From: Phoronis australis
Lineage: Eukaryota > Animalia > Phoronida
Direction of reading: 5' to 3'
Length of the DNA stretch: 64,000 nucleotides
Assembly (NCBI GenBank): GCA_002633005.1
Contig: NMRA01000015.1
Span: forward strand, 675,239 to 739,238
A program made the translations under genes and the position numbers. Positions 51,216 through 64,000 of this stretch are shown piece by piece. The notes beneath the pieces were generated by a model, which was given only the letters and a program-made list of their open reading frames with translations, was not told the origin of the DNA and did not search any database. Position 1 is the stretch's first letter, and each line of letters starts with the position of its first letter.

Positions 51216-54200
51216 TTAAATAAATGGGATATTTCCATAGTTTTTGTAATCAAGTTTTTGTCAGCATTATGCCATCAAATTGTTAGTGCTGTGTAATAGA
51301 TTAGTCACATACAAGTGTACAGCGTTGCAAGCGAAAGATGATTTTGTGCTGTCACATGGCTAAAGAGTTGTATTTAGAGTATTTCCTGCTCAAGTGACCC
51401 CTCAAGCCTGCTTAGTGTTGAAAACTGTCATGTAGGTATGTCTTGAGTTTCATTACTGATAGCTCAGTAGTAGTCGCTTAGAAGGGCAAAGGGATTTGGC
51501 ATTTTTAGAACCAGTTTTCCCCACAAAGTAATGGACATCAAACTGGTTCTCAAAATTCAAGACCCATGTAGTCCCTATAGCTACTGGAGGGTCACTTAGA
51601 GGGACTGTCACTGTATTTTGATTGTATGGTATTACATTATCCAGTGCCTTGTATAGGTATAAGTGCTGGGTGTCTTGTATTGTGAGGCCAACAGCTTTAG
51701 GTTCAGTTAACAGTTCATGCAGTGGTTTTTGTGGTCTAGCCTCTATTGTGGATGTATTGATATTGCTATTGTCCTGTGAATGTAGGTGCAGTTTAGAATT
51801 CTCATTGAGGACATGTTTCAGCTAATGCCACTTTGAAAGGTGATTTATTAAAGGTGTACTTTGCCGGATATGGCTAAAAGTCTAATCATGTCCTTTGCTC
51901 CCATCAAATCTGTAATGAGTAATCCATTCCCTTACTAACAAGAACATCAAAACCATTATTGGCTCGACAAAATGTTTCAGTTTGAGAGGTTGTTGGGTTA
52001 GCCAACCTTATCACAGGTGAAGTTGAATGTGGCGTATGAATACATTTCCTGGGATTCGAGTTGGTTATGGAAAAGGAATCCTAGCATGGTGAAGAATATT
52101 ATGAGACTGGTGTTACGATAGTTACAGGCCTCGTTAGATTTTCATTTAAGCTAGTTAAGCAGTGCAGAGTGCAACTTTAACCAAGCACACATTAAACCTC
52201 TCCATGGTAATGAATGATCTCATGCCTACTAAATGTACCATCCAGGGTATTGACAAGACAAGAGACTGAGCATTGAAAGCCATCAACTTTATCTACTCAA
52301 GTACAAGTTAATCTGGCGGCTTTATGTTCTTTAGGTTTTGGTTGCCTGTATGTAAGAAGTCACCCTTTAAAGTTTTTCGTTTGAAAAGGCGTTTTTTGTT
52401 CACCACATGATAAAATCTGGGGCTTATTTTATCAAAGGTCGCAAGTCCAGTCTTAGCCGAGGCAATTGTTATTTGGATTTTAGTTTACTCGCAGTCCATT
52501 AACTTGGCTGGTGAAGGCAGTCACTTAGCCTGAATATGAGAAATTATCAACTTTTATGTTACAACTTTTTGGTCTTATAAAAAACGCAGCATCGTGTTTG
52601 CAGTCTACATTCAGTGCATGTGCCTATATGTGAACATTTGTGTGAAATCATTTATAGGGACACACCCCATTTATTTTTTGAAAAGTTTTAAACTCTCAGT
52701 TTTGTTTTCCCGTTGAAAAAATGTTGGCATTTTCTCCGGTTTTATTGGGAGGGTTAATTAAATGGTAAAATATTTCTTTTAATTTCTTTCCAAATTTTGT
52801 ATACTATTCAAACCGAGATCTATCAATAATGTTTGTTCAGCATAACAAAAACAGTTTCAGATGTGTTTCTCCCTGTTTAGCTGGCTAAAAAAATCCAAAC
52901 TAAATCCGGCCTTTTGTTCTCTTTGTCGAAATCGGACACAGTCTTCAGATGTGCTATGAGATCAAGACTGAAATAAGCTGGCTTGCATTAAATTCAGTTA
53001 TAAAGCATCTTTATCCCTTTGCAATTGAAATCCCAAATAAATATCAGATTTGTTGTTTCAAAACATTTTGTTTACCTGATTTCTCGACAAGCAAAGATTT
53101 CATGGTTTTACTGACATCTAGATAACATTTAACACTGCCAGAAAAAGCGTAAGAATTCACTTGTATCTCAAATTCCATACGTTTGTTGGCGTCAGTAAAC
53201 TGACTGACATGAAAGTCTCACCTGCTTATAGTTGTTTGATTGTGATCTTGACAGGTGTGAATGTTGGGGTTAACAACTGTGTTTCTCATCATGGCACAGC
53301 TCTCTGACATAGATTATTTGTTTACTTCCAAGGTATGAAAACTTCAAAAATAGTTATGAATGCAAACTCAATGAGTTTAATTACACTCAAAGCACAGGCT
53401 ACCCATTATGGCTCTAAACATCATTGTGCTGCGGTTATGATAAACGTTTTTCACTTAAGTACAAAAGTAAGTGAGCATTAAGTTGCCCAGTTTTCTTTCT
53501 ACGTCAGTTTGCTTCAGTGTTCTTTAGACATGCCTTCCGTAGACATTACAGTTTCTTGTATGACCACGCTAGCGTTACTGAGTTGAAATCTATAGTTACT
53601 GTTTTGTAGGTATTTGGCTCAATGCACAATTATTTGTCAGTAAGGTCCTTCATTACCTTAAAAATGACATTTTGGCTATCTCTTGAGTGCACATCACACT
53701 GATTGTCCAAAACAACTAAATCTTCCACAAATGGAGGTCATCTTATGAAATTATCTGAGTCCAATTTATGAAAACTGCCATCAGTTGCCATCACTCAACA
53801 GGTATTAAAACAAGGTCAGTTATATAATTCCATCATTTTCTTGCTTGGCTCCCCTCCTATTCTGCTGTAGGTCAGAGCCTTAATTTCAACTTGTGTTTCC
53901 AGGGATTTGAGGTCAGCTGAGTGTTTGATGCTGGTAGCGTTTTTTATAGTAGAGGAGATCTTTTGTAGTTCCTCACCTCAGCATGTTCTATTGTGACTAA
54001 TACTGTAAGGCAAAGTAGTCTTGATGATAGTGTAGTCTATTGATTTTGACCCATGCGATACAATAGGAAAGCCAAGACTGCTGAATGGCTTATTGGACTA
54101 TTGAAAAATGGCTGTAGACACCAACTTGTACCACTGTAAGTTACACAGTCTGAATCCTTACAGCTGACTGCCACATTAGCAACCTTAGTGTTAACAACTG

Positions 54201-54733
54201 CACACTTGGGCTGCTGCCCACAAAAGCCCTTACATTAAGGAAATATATAATCAGGGGGTGGGGTTTAAACTGAGCATGGGCATAACTGCATTTCTTCATT
54301 TTTAGCGGGCTAAAAATTGAAAATCGAATTTTGGTTTTCATTCTCATAAAATCAGTTTCCTAATATTCCTTACCATGATAGGATTCTATTTCCATTACCA
54401 ATAAGAATATCCAAACCGTCACCGACTCAAGAAAGTACTTAGAGTTTGTTGGGGTTAGCCGACCCTAAAATTGTGAACTTGAAAGGGGTGCATGTATGCA
54501 TTGCGTGTGACTTGAATTTGTAATGTAAATGGAATCCTAGCGCAGTAAGGAGTGTTATTCCGATTTATTAGAGTAAAAGGTCCAACTTGATTTTTGTTGT
54601 TTATCCAGCCATACAGAGTGAAATATTGCTTTGAAATGAAAAGGAGGGTCTGGGCGCTGAATGTTCCATCAGAGTAATGCCCAGAGAGCTTAACATAGAT
54701 TGAACTTCATGTACAAGAGCCAAGTAAAACATC

Positions 54734-55530
54734 AGACATTATAGTAAACATTACACTGTACATAATGAGCTGGCCGTGATGACATTATAGTAAACATTAC
54801 ACATACACAAGGAGCTGGTCGTGCAGACATTATAGTAAACATTATACATACATGATGAGCTGGCCATGCAGACATTATAGTAAACATTACACTTTAATAA
54901 TGAGGTGGTTGTGCAGACATAGTAGTAAACATTACACATAATAATGAGGTGGCTGTGCAGACATTTTAGTAAACATTACACATACATAATGAGCTGGCCG
55001 TGCAGACATAGTAAACATTACACATACATTATGAGCTGGCCATGCAGACATTATAGTAAACATTACACATACATGATGAGCTAGCCGTGCAGACATTATA
55101 GTAAACATTACACATACATAATGAGCTGGCTGTGCAGACATTATAGTAAACATTACACATAGATAATGAGCTGGCCGTGCAGACATTATAGTAAACATTA
55201 CACATACATAATGAGCTGGCCGTGCAGACATTATAGTAAACATTACACATACACAATGAGCTGGCCGTGCAGACATTATAGTAAACATTACACATAGATA
55301 ATGAGCTGGCCGTGCAGACATAGTAAACGTTATACATACATAATGAGCTGGCCGTGCAGACATTATAGTAAACATTACACATACACAATGAGCTGGCCCT
55401 GCAGACATTATAGTAAACATTATACATAATGAGCTGGCCGTGCAGACATAGTAAACATTATACGTACACAATGAGCTGGCCGTGCAGACATTATAGTAAA
55501 CATTACAGGTACATAATGAGCTGGCTGTGC
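54734..55530 (+). repeat. 45-bp minisatellite ACATTATAGTAAACATTACACATACATAATGAGCTGGCCGTGCAG, about 18 copies
   Basis: Visible tandem units. Source of the 15-aa-periodic ORFs. Confidence 0.97.
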
Positions 55531-57771
55531 GCTGCCCACGCTGTCATATTTTTACACACAAGTATGATAAAATGAGATAAATTTATAAAGCTCATAGAAT
55601 TCTATAATGTTAGAATGCTTGAGAGCCAAAAGAAACATTTCATTTCTGCTTCATTATTGTTTATAAAGAGTATGAGTATTTTCCCACCTAAATAACGTAA
55701 GGTTGCATTTAAATTGATGACTAATCTAAGGTAAGCTTTTTGCATACTTTTTAAGAGCTTAACTTGCGATCAGACGGGCCGTGTACAGGCTGTTCCAAGG
55801 AAGTGATCAGATAGGCGTATATGAACTGTTCCATCCTCGTGTACATTGGGCATGGGCGGTAAACTGAGCAGGAACTCTTAAAAGTGGAAATTTGGAAATT
55901 TCGGGTTTGGCCGTTAAATGAGCATGGGTGTTAACGTGGGTGTGGTGGGTGAATGCATGTTTCATTAAATATACATGTTGCTATGTACCTGTTGCTATGT
56001 ACCCGTGGTTGAGACACATTGGACTTTTATATTGAAGGTTTGGCATAGGCAAATTGCTGATGAAACACCACAGTAGAAGCAAGTTGTGTATTCTTGTCAC
56101 GTTTTGTGTTTTGAAACTGGTGATTGCTAGATATGTGATTTTTTGTGTAGTGAATAGTTTTTTTGTTTGTGTAATAATTGCCAGTTACAAGTAAGAATTC
56201 TGTGCCAAGTTTGTGAAGAAAAGAATGAATGACTGGTTTACAAATATTGTGACTGTGCTGAAAGTTATTCATTCACTGTCCTCTTTCATGTTTGGCGTGG
56301 AACACCAAAGATTTGAACCATATCAATGGCATGCAGACAAGCAACAGCTCTGAACACATATTTCTACTTTATTGGGGGATTGCTTTAATTGCCTTTATAA
56401 ATAACCTTGATTGCTGGTATCAACCAAGTGACGGAACATTCTGTTGTTTTTACCCCAGCCGAGTCCGCATTTATGATTTTACCATCCTTCTTGAGAAGGT
56501 CGAGGCAATGTAATTTGTGTACTAAAAACGATAACTGTAATTCTTGTAATATTTCTGATAAGATTTCGATGACTTTGGAAAGCTCTACATTCCTTCTCAA
56601 TGCTACAGGAGGTGGCACTAAATAACATTTGGCTATTCTGATTTGTTGTGAAGTATCTTTCACACATTCTGATTGGTTGATGGTGGGTAGTAAACTGCTC
56701 CACCTGTTGAGAAAGTTCATTACGGCCTGCGGCTGCTGCAATTACAGGAAAACACTAAATCAATGCATTCCACATTCAGTTCAAGTTCATGTTTTGTGAC
56801 ATATCCAAATAAAACTGCAAACGGATTTGCTGTACCTATTTGGCTCATTTCTTGTCCACATGTTTACGACCAACATCCAAACTTAGGCATGTGTACTGAC
56901 GCACACACTGATGCCAATCGTGGAGTTCTGTATCGGCTATTATCCTTTCACTAGGGCCACTCTTCTCCAGAGGTGGCGCTCAGTGACGGGTACACACATC
57001 AAACCGCTCTTCATATTTAGCTCACAATATGGCGAATGTGTAAAATTTAAGTTTGTCAAATTTCTCAACAAAAATTAAGGTTGAGAAAAACTTTACTTGA
57101 TCATGGGTACGTTTTAACTGATTTGAAAAGTCAATGAAATGTAATTTTGGTAAATTTTGCATATTTTATGTAGCCAAATTTTGAAAATGGAAAATTGCAA
57201 TTTTCAAAAATTGAAGAGAAATTACCTTGGTGAACTTGAGTGATTTATTTTCATGTGATTGGCTGGTGACATTTGTCCCATCCCCCATGGGAGAAGGACT
57301 TATCTTCGATTACTCTAGCTGTTGTATTTGGTTGAAACATCAAAATACTAATTCAGTGCCAAACTTGTCTGAATATACTATGTTTGAAAACAACGGGACT
57401 TGAGGGTTGTTTTTTCTATTTTTTCTAGTTGCCTTGGGTGATAAAATTGCCTTGTGACTTGTTTTGACACAGTTATAAAAACAAAGTCAGAAAAACTTGT
57501 TTTCAAAGTTAGCATGGTTTGGACTGAACATCTGTCATAAAACAAAACTTTGGTAAAACGTTGAGCAAAGAAAAATTGTTATTTTAACAATTTCTATTGT
57601 GCTAAATTGAAGATGATTGTGGTACCCATTGCAGTTTAACATTTGATTCTTGGTGTTGATTTTATTTTTAAAACCTATATTATGTATTTTTGTGTTGGAC
57701 AAAATTTGTATTCTTTTTGGACACTGCGGTTCTCATTGTCTTGTAAAATACTTAGCAATACATGACCAAGC

Positions 57772-58461
57772 TATGAAGTGCCAAAGGGTTCCTTGAGTAC
57801 TTTTTTGCATGTTGAAATGTGCTTAATAAACGCTAAGTTTTGCTTAATCTACGTGTAGTTTTGCTTACTTAACGCGTAGTTTTGCTTAATCAACGCCTAG
57901 TTTTGCTTAATCAATGCATGGTTTTGTTTAATCAACACGTAGTTTTGCTTAATCAACGCGTTGAATTAATTTTTAAACGATCATAGTTCTGCTCTTATTC
58001 AACAAACACTTTTGCTTAATCAACGCATAGTAACGTGGTGAATTAATTATTTGTTATGTCCAATCAAAGACAAGTTTACATTCAGTACGCGACAACGCTA
58101 TCATTTACGTGGTCACTTGGCAAGAATCTGCAACATTCTTCAAAAGCTGCCTTGAACCCATGTTGAAAGTCTTCCGCTATTTTGAAATTTGAGAGCACAG
58201 GCGTGATTGGCCTTCATAAAATGATTAAAAGTAGGCATTGAATAAGCAATAGTGCGCATTAAGTAAAGCTTTGCATTGATTAAGCGAAAGTGCGTGTTGA
58301 GTAAGAGAACAAGTATTGTTTTTGAACTATTTCAGCCCGTTGATTTTAGCAAAACTAGGCGTTGATTAAGCAAAGCTACGCGTTGATTAAGCAAAACTGC
58401 GCATTAAGCACATTTCAACGCGCAGGAAGGCACTCGTTTAATAACTCTTTGGGGCTTCATA
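57772..58461. mobile_element. Foldback MITE, IS3EU-like (TAT ends, probable 6-bp TSD) with 22-bp subterminal arrays
   Basis: TATGAAGTGCCAAAG..GTTGAAATGTGCTTAAT is mirrored by ATTAAGCACATTTCAAC..CTTTGGGGCTTCATA. Arrays GTTTTGCTTAATCAACGC vs GCGTTGATTAAGCAAAAC. Flanks CCAAGC/CCAAAC. Confidence 0.8.
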
Positions 58462-61400
58462 CCAAACAGGCTTCCCTGTGTGTTGATCTGGTGGAGCATT
58501 GAACTATGGAGCAATTCAATGAAGTTGATATGTACTCGGACTGTCTCATTTTTATACCATGGCAGCAAAATGTGCGACAGCTAGAACCACTGCATTACAG
58601 GCGAAAACGTTGCGTATTTTCATGTCCAATATGGATTCAAATCGCGACCTGACTTCGGTCGCAGACCGATGCTTTCCATGTAGAAGTGAAAGTCGGTGTT
58701 AATTCTAACCAATGGCAAGAATCCAATGTCTGAGGAATCGGTGATTTACAAATTAAAGTACAATAGGTTTTGCTGTTTTATTGATTTGAGAGATTTATAT
58801 TCATGTGATTGGTTGCGAGCTTGAAATCGAACTTGTAAATAGTTTTCTCATTTTCCATTCCACTTTGATGTTAAGTCCAGATTAGTGTCCATGATGAATT
58901 ACATAGATGAGTGTCTGCGTGATCCATGCTCTCGCGTGATGTCTCAGAGATTCGAGCTGAAATCTAGAGATACCTGAGCACGAAATAATTGACATTTTCT
59001 TGAGTTTTGGTCAACTGTTTCCTGTACACAAAATGTACCATTCACAAACTGGCTTAACATATTGCATTTTTCTCTAGCACTTTCACTAGCAGCAAAAACG
59101 CCAGTCATGCGAAACATTGCAAGGGTCACTTTTTCTGGCAATTTGCTGGTGGTTTGAGTTACCCCAAAACTGCTGGTGATTTTGCAAACACTTTAGTCAG
59201 ACAGGCTGCTAATACACCTGCACACACCAGTACAGGTCTTTGTTTATTGTAATCATCACAGTAAGGAAACATGCTTTGACATCAATTTAAAAGTTATTTG
59301 AGTGGTGAAGAAACAAACAAACTATTGACTAAAATAACTACAAAACACTGGTTAAAATGATATCAACTTTTACCAGTGGGGGAAAACTGAGCACTTTCAC
59401 CACTCATATGAACTGAGTGTAAGAAGTCTAAAAAGTCTATCCTTCCTTTTATACACTGACTACTGTTAACCTGAGCCTTCAGTTGTATTTAGTCTGCTAA
59501 TTAAGACTTTTATCAAGTGTGTCAGATGAGCCAATAGCCTGAGAGTCCCCATGAGCATCAGAAACAAAATAATAGTATATCTTTCAACATAGAGGCTAGA
59601 CACTAAGCCAAAACTTGCCAAATGTGACCTGGTGAAAGTCCCAGGTCGCCATGTGGGAAATGAGGTCGCCAAAACATTAGGAAGCCCCTTACTGGGGGTT
59701 GTGAAAGTACTGGCCTCTGCAAATTATGCATTGTTGGAAAGAGACAAAAATGAAATAAACGAAATAATTGAAGTGAAATAAAACGGCATACTTGGAAAAT
59801 GTCTAGCGGTGTACCTGACATTGCTCAGTCGTTTTTTTTCTTTAGTAGAACAGAATTTAATATTTGCCATAGCAACCAATTTCCATCTCTAGAACACTTT
59901 GGGCATTTTCACCTCCTCAGTGTGTGGCAACTTCATGGCAACCTGGAATTGTCACAGAATGTTTGTAGATTACGGTTATGCAGCACCCTCGAATAATTCA
60001 AAAATTAGCAAATTTCAGAACAACAGCTCTACATATTACAATTCATTTCATTTAATGAAGCTTAAGTCTTGTCAAGAATTTAAAATTGATTCACTGAAGC
60101 CAAAGTCACTTTTGTTAGGCTTGAGTGTTTTATGCCTGTTCATTAGAATGCACAGCTGCTATTCCTGAGCAGATTAGTCTGGCTGTGGTATTTTTAAAAC
60201 CCAATTTTCTTGTCTTGTTGATAAAAGTTGATTTCTTTCGAAGTTGCTAATTGAAAATTGCACTGCAAGAAATTTGTTTGCTTATTTTGGAAAAGATAGG
60301 TTTTTGAGTTTGTTGATCTGTTAAGTTGTTGGCAGCGATTAGGGTTCAAGACTCTGGTTTGGTGATATGAGCCGCAAGTTGTTCAGTTGACCTGCATTGA
60401 TGTACAGTATTTAGTTGAATAGTGCTTTGTATAATTGATGTGCTGACATGGATGTGCCAACAAGATGTAATAGGATCCTTCTCTTTGACAGTTCATTATC
60501 ACCATCTTTGACTGATTTATAGTTGATGAGATGTAATTAAAACTATCAAAGTGGACACAGATCACAAGTTAAACAGCTGACAAAAACCCCATGCTTCAGT
60601 GGTGATATAGCAGGTTAAAGCATAGTTTTATGTGTTTCAACCTCTACTGATTGACTCTCTCGTGAACTACAGTATAACTCAAGTTACAGAAAAAAATATC
60701 CTGCATAAATGTGTGGATATTACCCAGTTAAACAGAATTTTAAAGCCAATCGAGACGTGGGTTTTGTTTTCATAACTTAATTTTCAGTAAGACTGAACTA
60801 TTAATTGACAGTGTTCATTGTACTGCCAGTGTTTATTGCACTGAACACAGGACGCTTGAAGATCTCGGGTTGGCTGGAAGTTAATTTACGTTCTCTAATG
60901 AAAGATGGTGTGATAATGAAGCCCAAAAGCCCTCTACTTTTTGTCTATAAATCGAATATAAGCTTCACATTTATCTTGCTATAATATGTCATTAAAAGAT
61001 CTGTCACTTAGCATTATATCTTGTTGCTGGTGACAGGCTATATGTCTGTTAATGTTCCATTTACCATCAACAGTTTCCTGGATTACTTATATTGGCACAT
61101 TAATTTTACTATGTTATCGCCAGGAAATCCTGTGCGGTTAACTGGAAAAATCATCCATCCAGTTTTACAGTGTTCATGACATGCTTAACTTATGTGGTTC
61201 ACATGACTTTAACTCATGGATTGTGTTATTACTACTATTAAGCTTGGGGAGGGGGGAAGTTAACATAAGAATGAAGTAGTTTATTAAACCCAAATTGTCA
61301 CCTATGAACTTCATTCCAACCTTATGCACTATGAAATGTTAGAAGTGTTAACTTGTTTTTGTGATTCAATTTTTTTGACCATCACCAAATTAAATGAAAA

Positions 61401-62323
61401 AAATGGACATTCTCCATTATATGTCCAAAAGTAATAGTCATCTTACCTAAATAACACTCAATATACCTTTAATCCCAGCATAGCTATTTTTAGATATAGC
61501 AACTGTCCATTGAAATAATGCTTTAGTTGCACTGGATGCCTATTTTTTATCCTCACTTTGCTTTACAATTTGCATACGAAGTGGGTGGGTATTTGAAAAT
61601 CTTTTCCATTCGTATACCGTGTACTCTTGAAGGGTTGTTAGTTGGAATGGCTCTTACAAAAGAACCAACATCCTGAAAAATTTTGTCTGCGTCAACTGTG
61701 TCCATCTTGTTGGACTAATTTCGAGTTGAGTAAAAATTGCATTAATTTGTACTTTCAGGACAGCTCTGTGTTGAAGGTTTTCTCTGATTGAGTTATTTGG
61801 CATGGCATGACTTGCATGTTGTACCAGGTACTTTTCAGTAACCGCCAGTGCAATGTTGTCCTTTAATGTTTCATTCAATTGTGGTTGTTTTACTAATTGT
61901 GAATGGCTGTAGCTGAGAAGTGGAGAATTCTATTGATTTTTCTCACAATAACTTTTCATGAGAGTACATGGTGTGAAAGCTGTTGAACACATGTTGAGGA
62001 ATGGTTAGATCTGATAGACTCAAGTTGACAGTTCATTTAATGCCAATGATACATATCTAATCTAAAGTCAACCACATACTGGTACTAAATATTTCTTATT
62101 GAAAATGTACCAGGTGAAATATTGGTGCTAAATGTTGATACCCTAGGGAGGTTCATGTTAGGATGAATATCACTGCTGTCACAGATGGTATTATTAAACA
62201 CTACTTATTAGCCTGAATATTTTTTTCTCTAGGATTTTGGTGACTGTCCTTTTTTACCAAAACAGTGTCATTATATTTTTTTGAAGTCTTTATGTAAGAC
62301 TTAATGGAGGTGTAATAATATTA

Positions 62324-62324
<1 letters not shown>

Positions 62325-62366
<42 letters not shown>
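62325..62366 (+). repeat. (TAA)n microsatellite
   Basis: About 14 perfect units. Confidence 0.98.
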
Positions 62367-64000
62367 GTGGAATCGTGAAAAGCTTGATTAATTATTCAAA
62401 TACACTGCATAACTGTCGTGAAATATATTCACCAGATTATTGTATCATCGTGTGTCATTTCATTCTTAACGATATGCAGCTCTAGTTAGGAAGGCAATAA
62501 TTGTGTCCGTGTTTTTTGCAAGAGATTACTAAGTACGCTCACAGCAACAATGAATAATTAATGAACTTATCTGCAGTCAGCCTGTTCTTATGAGTCTTTT
62601 TGCGGAAAATTTCATTGAATACTATATGTGTGCAAAATTACTGCAATCCACCAAATTTTGTGTCGATTAATTGCAGATATCTAGATTATACTGCGATAGA
62701 TTATTACATATACCTGTTTATTAATTACACAAACCAGAGTTTAAGAGGCATATGGCGCAGTTGAGTGGATGGTGCATATCGCACTGTTGAGTGGATGGTG
62801 CATATGGAATGAGCCTCATTTCTTAATTATGGTATGGAAGAGCACTACTGAGCTTTGATTAGATCACAAGGGTAAGAGTGAAAGTGTAGAATGTGACAAG
62901 AGTTGTCTTGAATGCTTGGCGATTACAGAAATTTTGCCGCAACAGAATTAGGCATTTTTTGCAAAGCACTAGCTCAATTGAACACAACTAGTGTTTCTGG
63001 CTACACATGGCATGGTTTTAGCTTTTACTGTATTGAGTGAATTTCAACATAAATCTGTTACTACCTGTCACAAAGTGTGCTTGTCTTCACTTCATATCAC
63101 CACAAGTGGTTGTGTTCTGAATGTCTGGTCAGTTAAGTAGATCTAGTTTCAATTGGCTTCAAATTTTCCAGTTTAAACAAACATAAGACACAGGTATTTA
63201 GCACATGTCTTGTATTAGCATTGACAGTAGTGTGTGGAATATCTATGAGGAGTTGATAGATAAATAGAATTGGATGCAATTTTTGTGATTCTGGCTATTA
63301 AGTGAGTATTATTTACTCGATTAGTTATCAGTCAACATCTGTTTTGAATTTGTAGCAGCAATATTAGTTATGATAAAATTTTCAAAACATATTAAGGTGG
63401 CAGTTTTAGTTTGAGTGTACAGGTCTTTCAAATGTTCTGCAGCAGTTTAAGATTGAAGCAACTGCACTCAGGGTTTGAGACAGATCTCAAGAGTCAAGAC
63501 TGCATTTTGTACAGCATATTTCTTCCGAGATTACACAAGACCATGCAAAATCACAGGAGTGAAACGCGAGTATTTTGTGAGTGAGTTCAGAACCGTGCTG
63601 TTTACACTAGCAAAGTTACAAAATGTCCGCCTCTGAAATGATTGGTCAGTGGTGCTAGAATGTTGTATTATGGGATAAAGTTATTCAAGTGAGGATTTCT
63701 GGGTAAAAGTGTCTTGCTGTATGCTTCAATCTGAACATTTCAATGCTTTGTTAGTTTTGTCGAAAGAATTGTTAGATCTTGAGTAAATTATCATAATGTA
63801 TGCATGCCTTTTGAGTGCATGGTTGTCATATAGCAAAAGGTACTTTACATGAAATTCATTGTACGTGTGTTGTATCATTGATAGAAAAGGTATCTGAGAC
63901 TCAAAAAGACATATTTTTTTTACTACACAGAAAATGTCTGTTTCAAAGGGTGCGTTCAATTGTTGAGATATTTTCAGCTGACTACTTCTCAACGTTTTTT

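Noticed and set aside
54751-55471. Cys/Tyr-rich 15-aa periodic ORFs
   Set aside because: 45-bp minisatellite with frame-breaking unit deletions.

Overview
AT-rich, intron-rich animal genomic DNA, probably from a marine invertebrate (inferred from the repeat landscape; the species cannot be determined). Four protein-coding genes can be supported. (1) A 5-coding-exon, 181-aa, four-TM membrane protein on the minus strand (182-4534), which the ORF track does not show as a whole. (2) A complete 3-exon, 446-aa beta-tubulin (8163-10795, +), head-to-head with gene 1, with the EGEF axonemal motif and X-box-like sites. (3) A complete 9-exon, 429-aa serine beta-lactamase-domain (lact-2-like) gene (14922-35163, +) with intact SxxK, YHA and HxG motifs. 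(4) A single-coding-exon 285-aa uncharacterised protein (42683-43540, +). The rest is introns and intergenic DNA holding many non-autonomous DNA transposons (hAT5-like with 5-bp TSDs, TTAA-flanked Kolobok-like, IS3EU-like foldbacks, HINE/Helentron-like), two LINE 3' remnants, about ten mini/microsatellites and one assembly gap. The most notable observations are a 958-bp TTAA-flanked Kolobok-like element keeping convergent THAP and acidic second-ORF stubs, a repeat carrying eight same-orientation CTCF-like motifs between two genes, a perfect 24-bp-stem hairpin in the divergent promoter interval, and a minisatellite that switches to a higher-order period. I found no clearly new biological system. 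All family assignments come from motif recognition by eye, not database searches.
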